This document shows, piece by piece, positions 59,701 to 60,000 of a stretch of DNA of 60,000 nucleotides (the stretch's first letter is position 1; each line of letters starts with the position of its first letter). The stretch comes from Felis catus (lineage: Eukaryota), in NCBI RefSeq assembly GCF_018350175.1, contig NC_058368.1, positions 47,928,001 through 47,988,000 on the forward strand, read 5' to 3'. The notes below the pieces were generated by a model. That model ran no database searches. It saw only the letters and a program-made list of their open reading frames with translations, and was not told the origin of the DNA. A program made the position numbers and the translations under genes.

Positions 59701-60000
59701 GCTCTAGGCTGTCATGAGAATGCACATATATACATACTCACAATAATTTACACGGACTTTCAGCAAACTTAGAAGACCCTGAATCTATCTGAGGACTTTT
59801 CATGGTATCATAACCTATAGAATACACATTTTTGGCTTAGAGAGCCAGTGCATGTATCTACTTTTGTTCGTTCATTTGCCAATTTGGGGGGTAGGGGACT
59901 GGGGAATGGGGACCAAATTGTCAATCTTTAAATCTATGTTTATAAAATCAGTGGAAAAATTATTTCCTTTCAAAGCAGAGACTAAATTTGTAAAAATTTG

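Noticed and set aside
1..60000. CRISPR array, operon, prophage, numt or intact ERV/viral genes
   Set aside because: No regularly spaced repeats or such coding sequence seen; the direct repeats present are TSDs of retroposons.

Overview
Mammalian genomic DNA from a carnivore, almost certainly a felid: it carries about 40 tRNA-derived Can-SINEs, including young cat-type SINEC_Fc copies, plus carnivore L1 3' ends. The window is AT-rich, repeat-dense intergenic or deep-intronic sequence. I find no convincing host protein-coding exon, RNA gene, CpG island or CRISPR array. Nearly all ORFs in the track are chance frames or read through SINE/L1 copies. Content: Can-SINEs (many with clear target-site duplications, TSDs), young and old L1 fragments, L2, MIR, MaLR/ERV1 solo LTRs and hAT/Tigger DNA-transposon relics. 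Most notable: (i) a ~2.1-kb hAT-Blackjack-like element with a frameshifted transposase fossil that the ORF track misses (22669-24772); (ii) SINEs apparently carrying 3'-transduced sequence or mobilised as a dimer (39394-39687, 22147-22661, 56294-56786); (iii) repeated re-use of single target sites by SINEs/L1 (7176-7886, 28683-29212, 1036-2499) and by hAT MITEs (52983-54141); (iv) a few unique CpG-retaining blocks that may be regulatory. I see no evidence for a wholly new biological system. Repeat subfamily names come from remembered consensus similarity and need RepeatMasker/Dfam confirmation.
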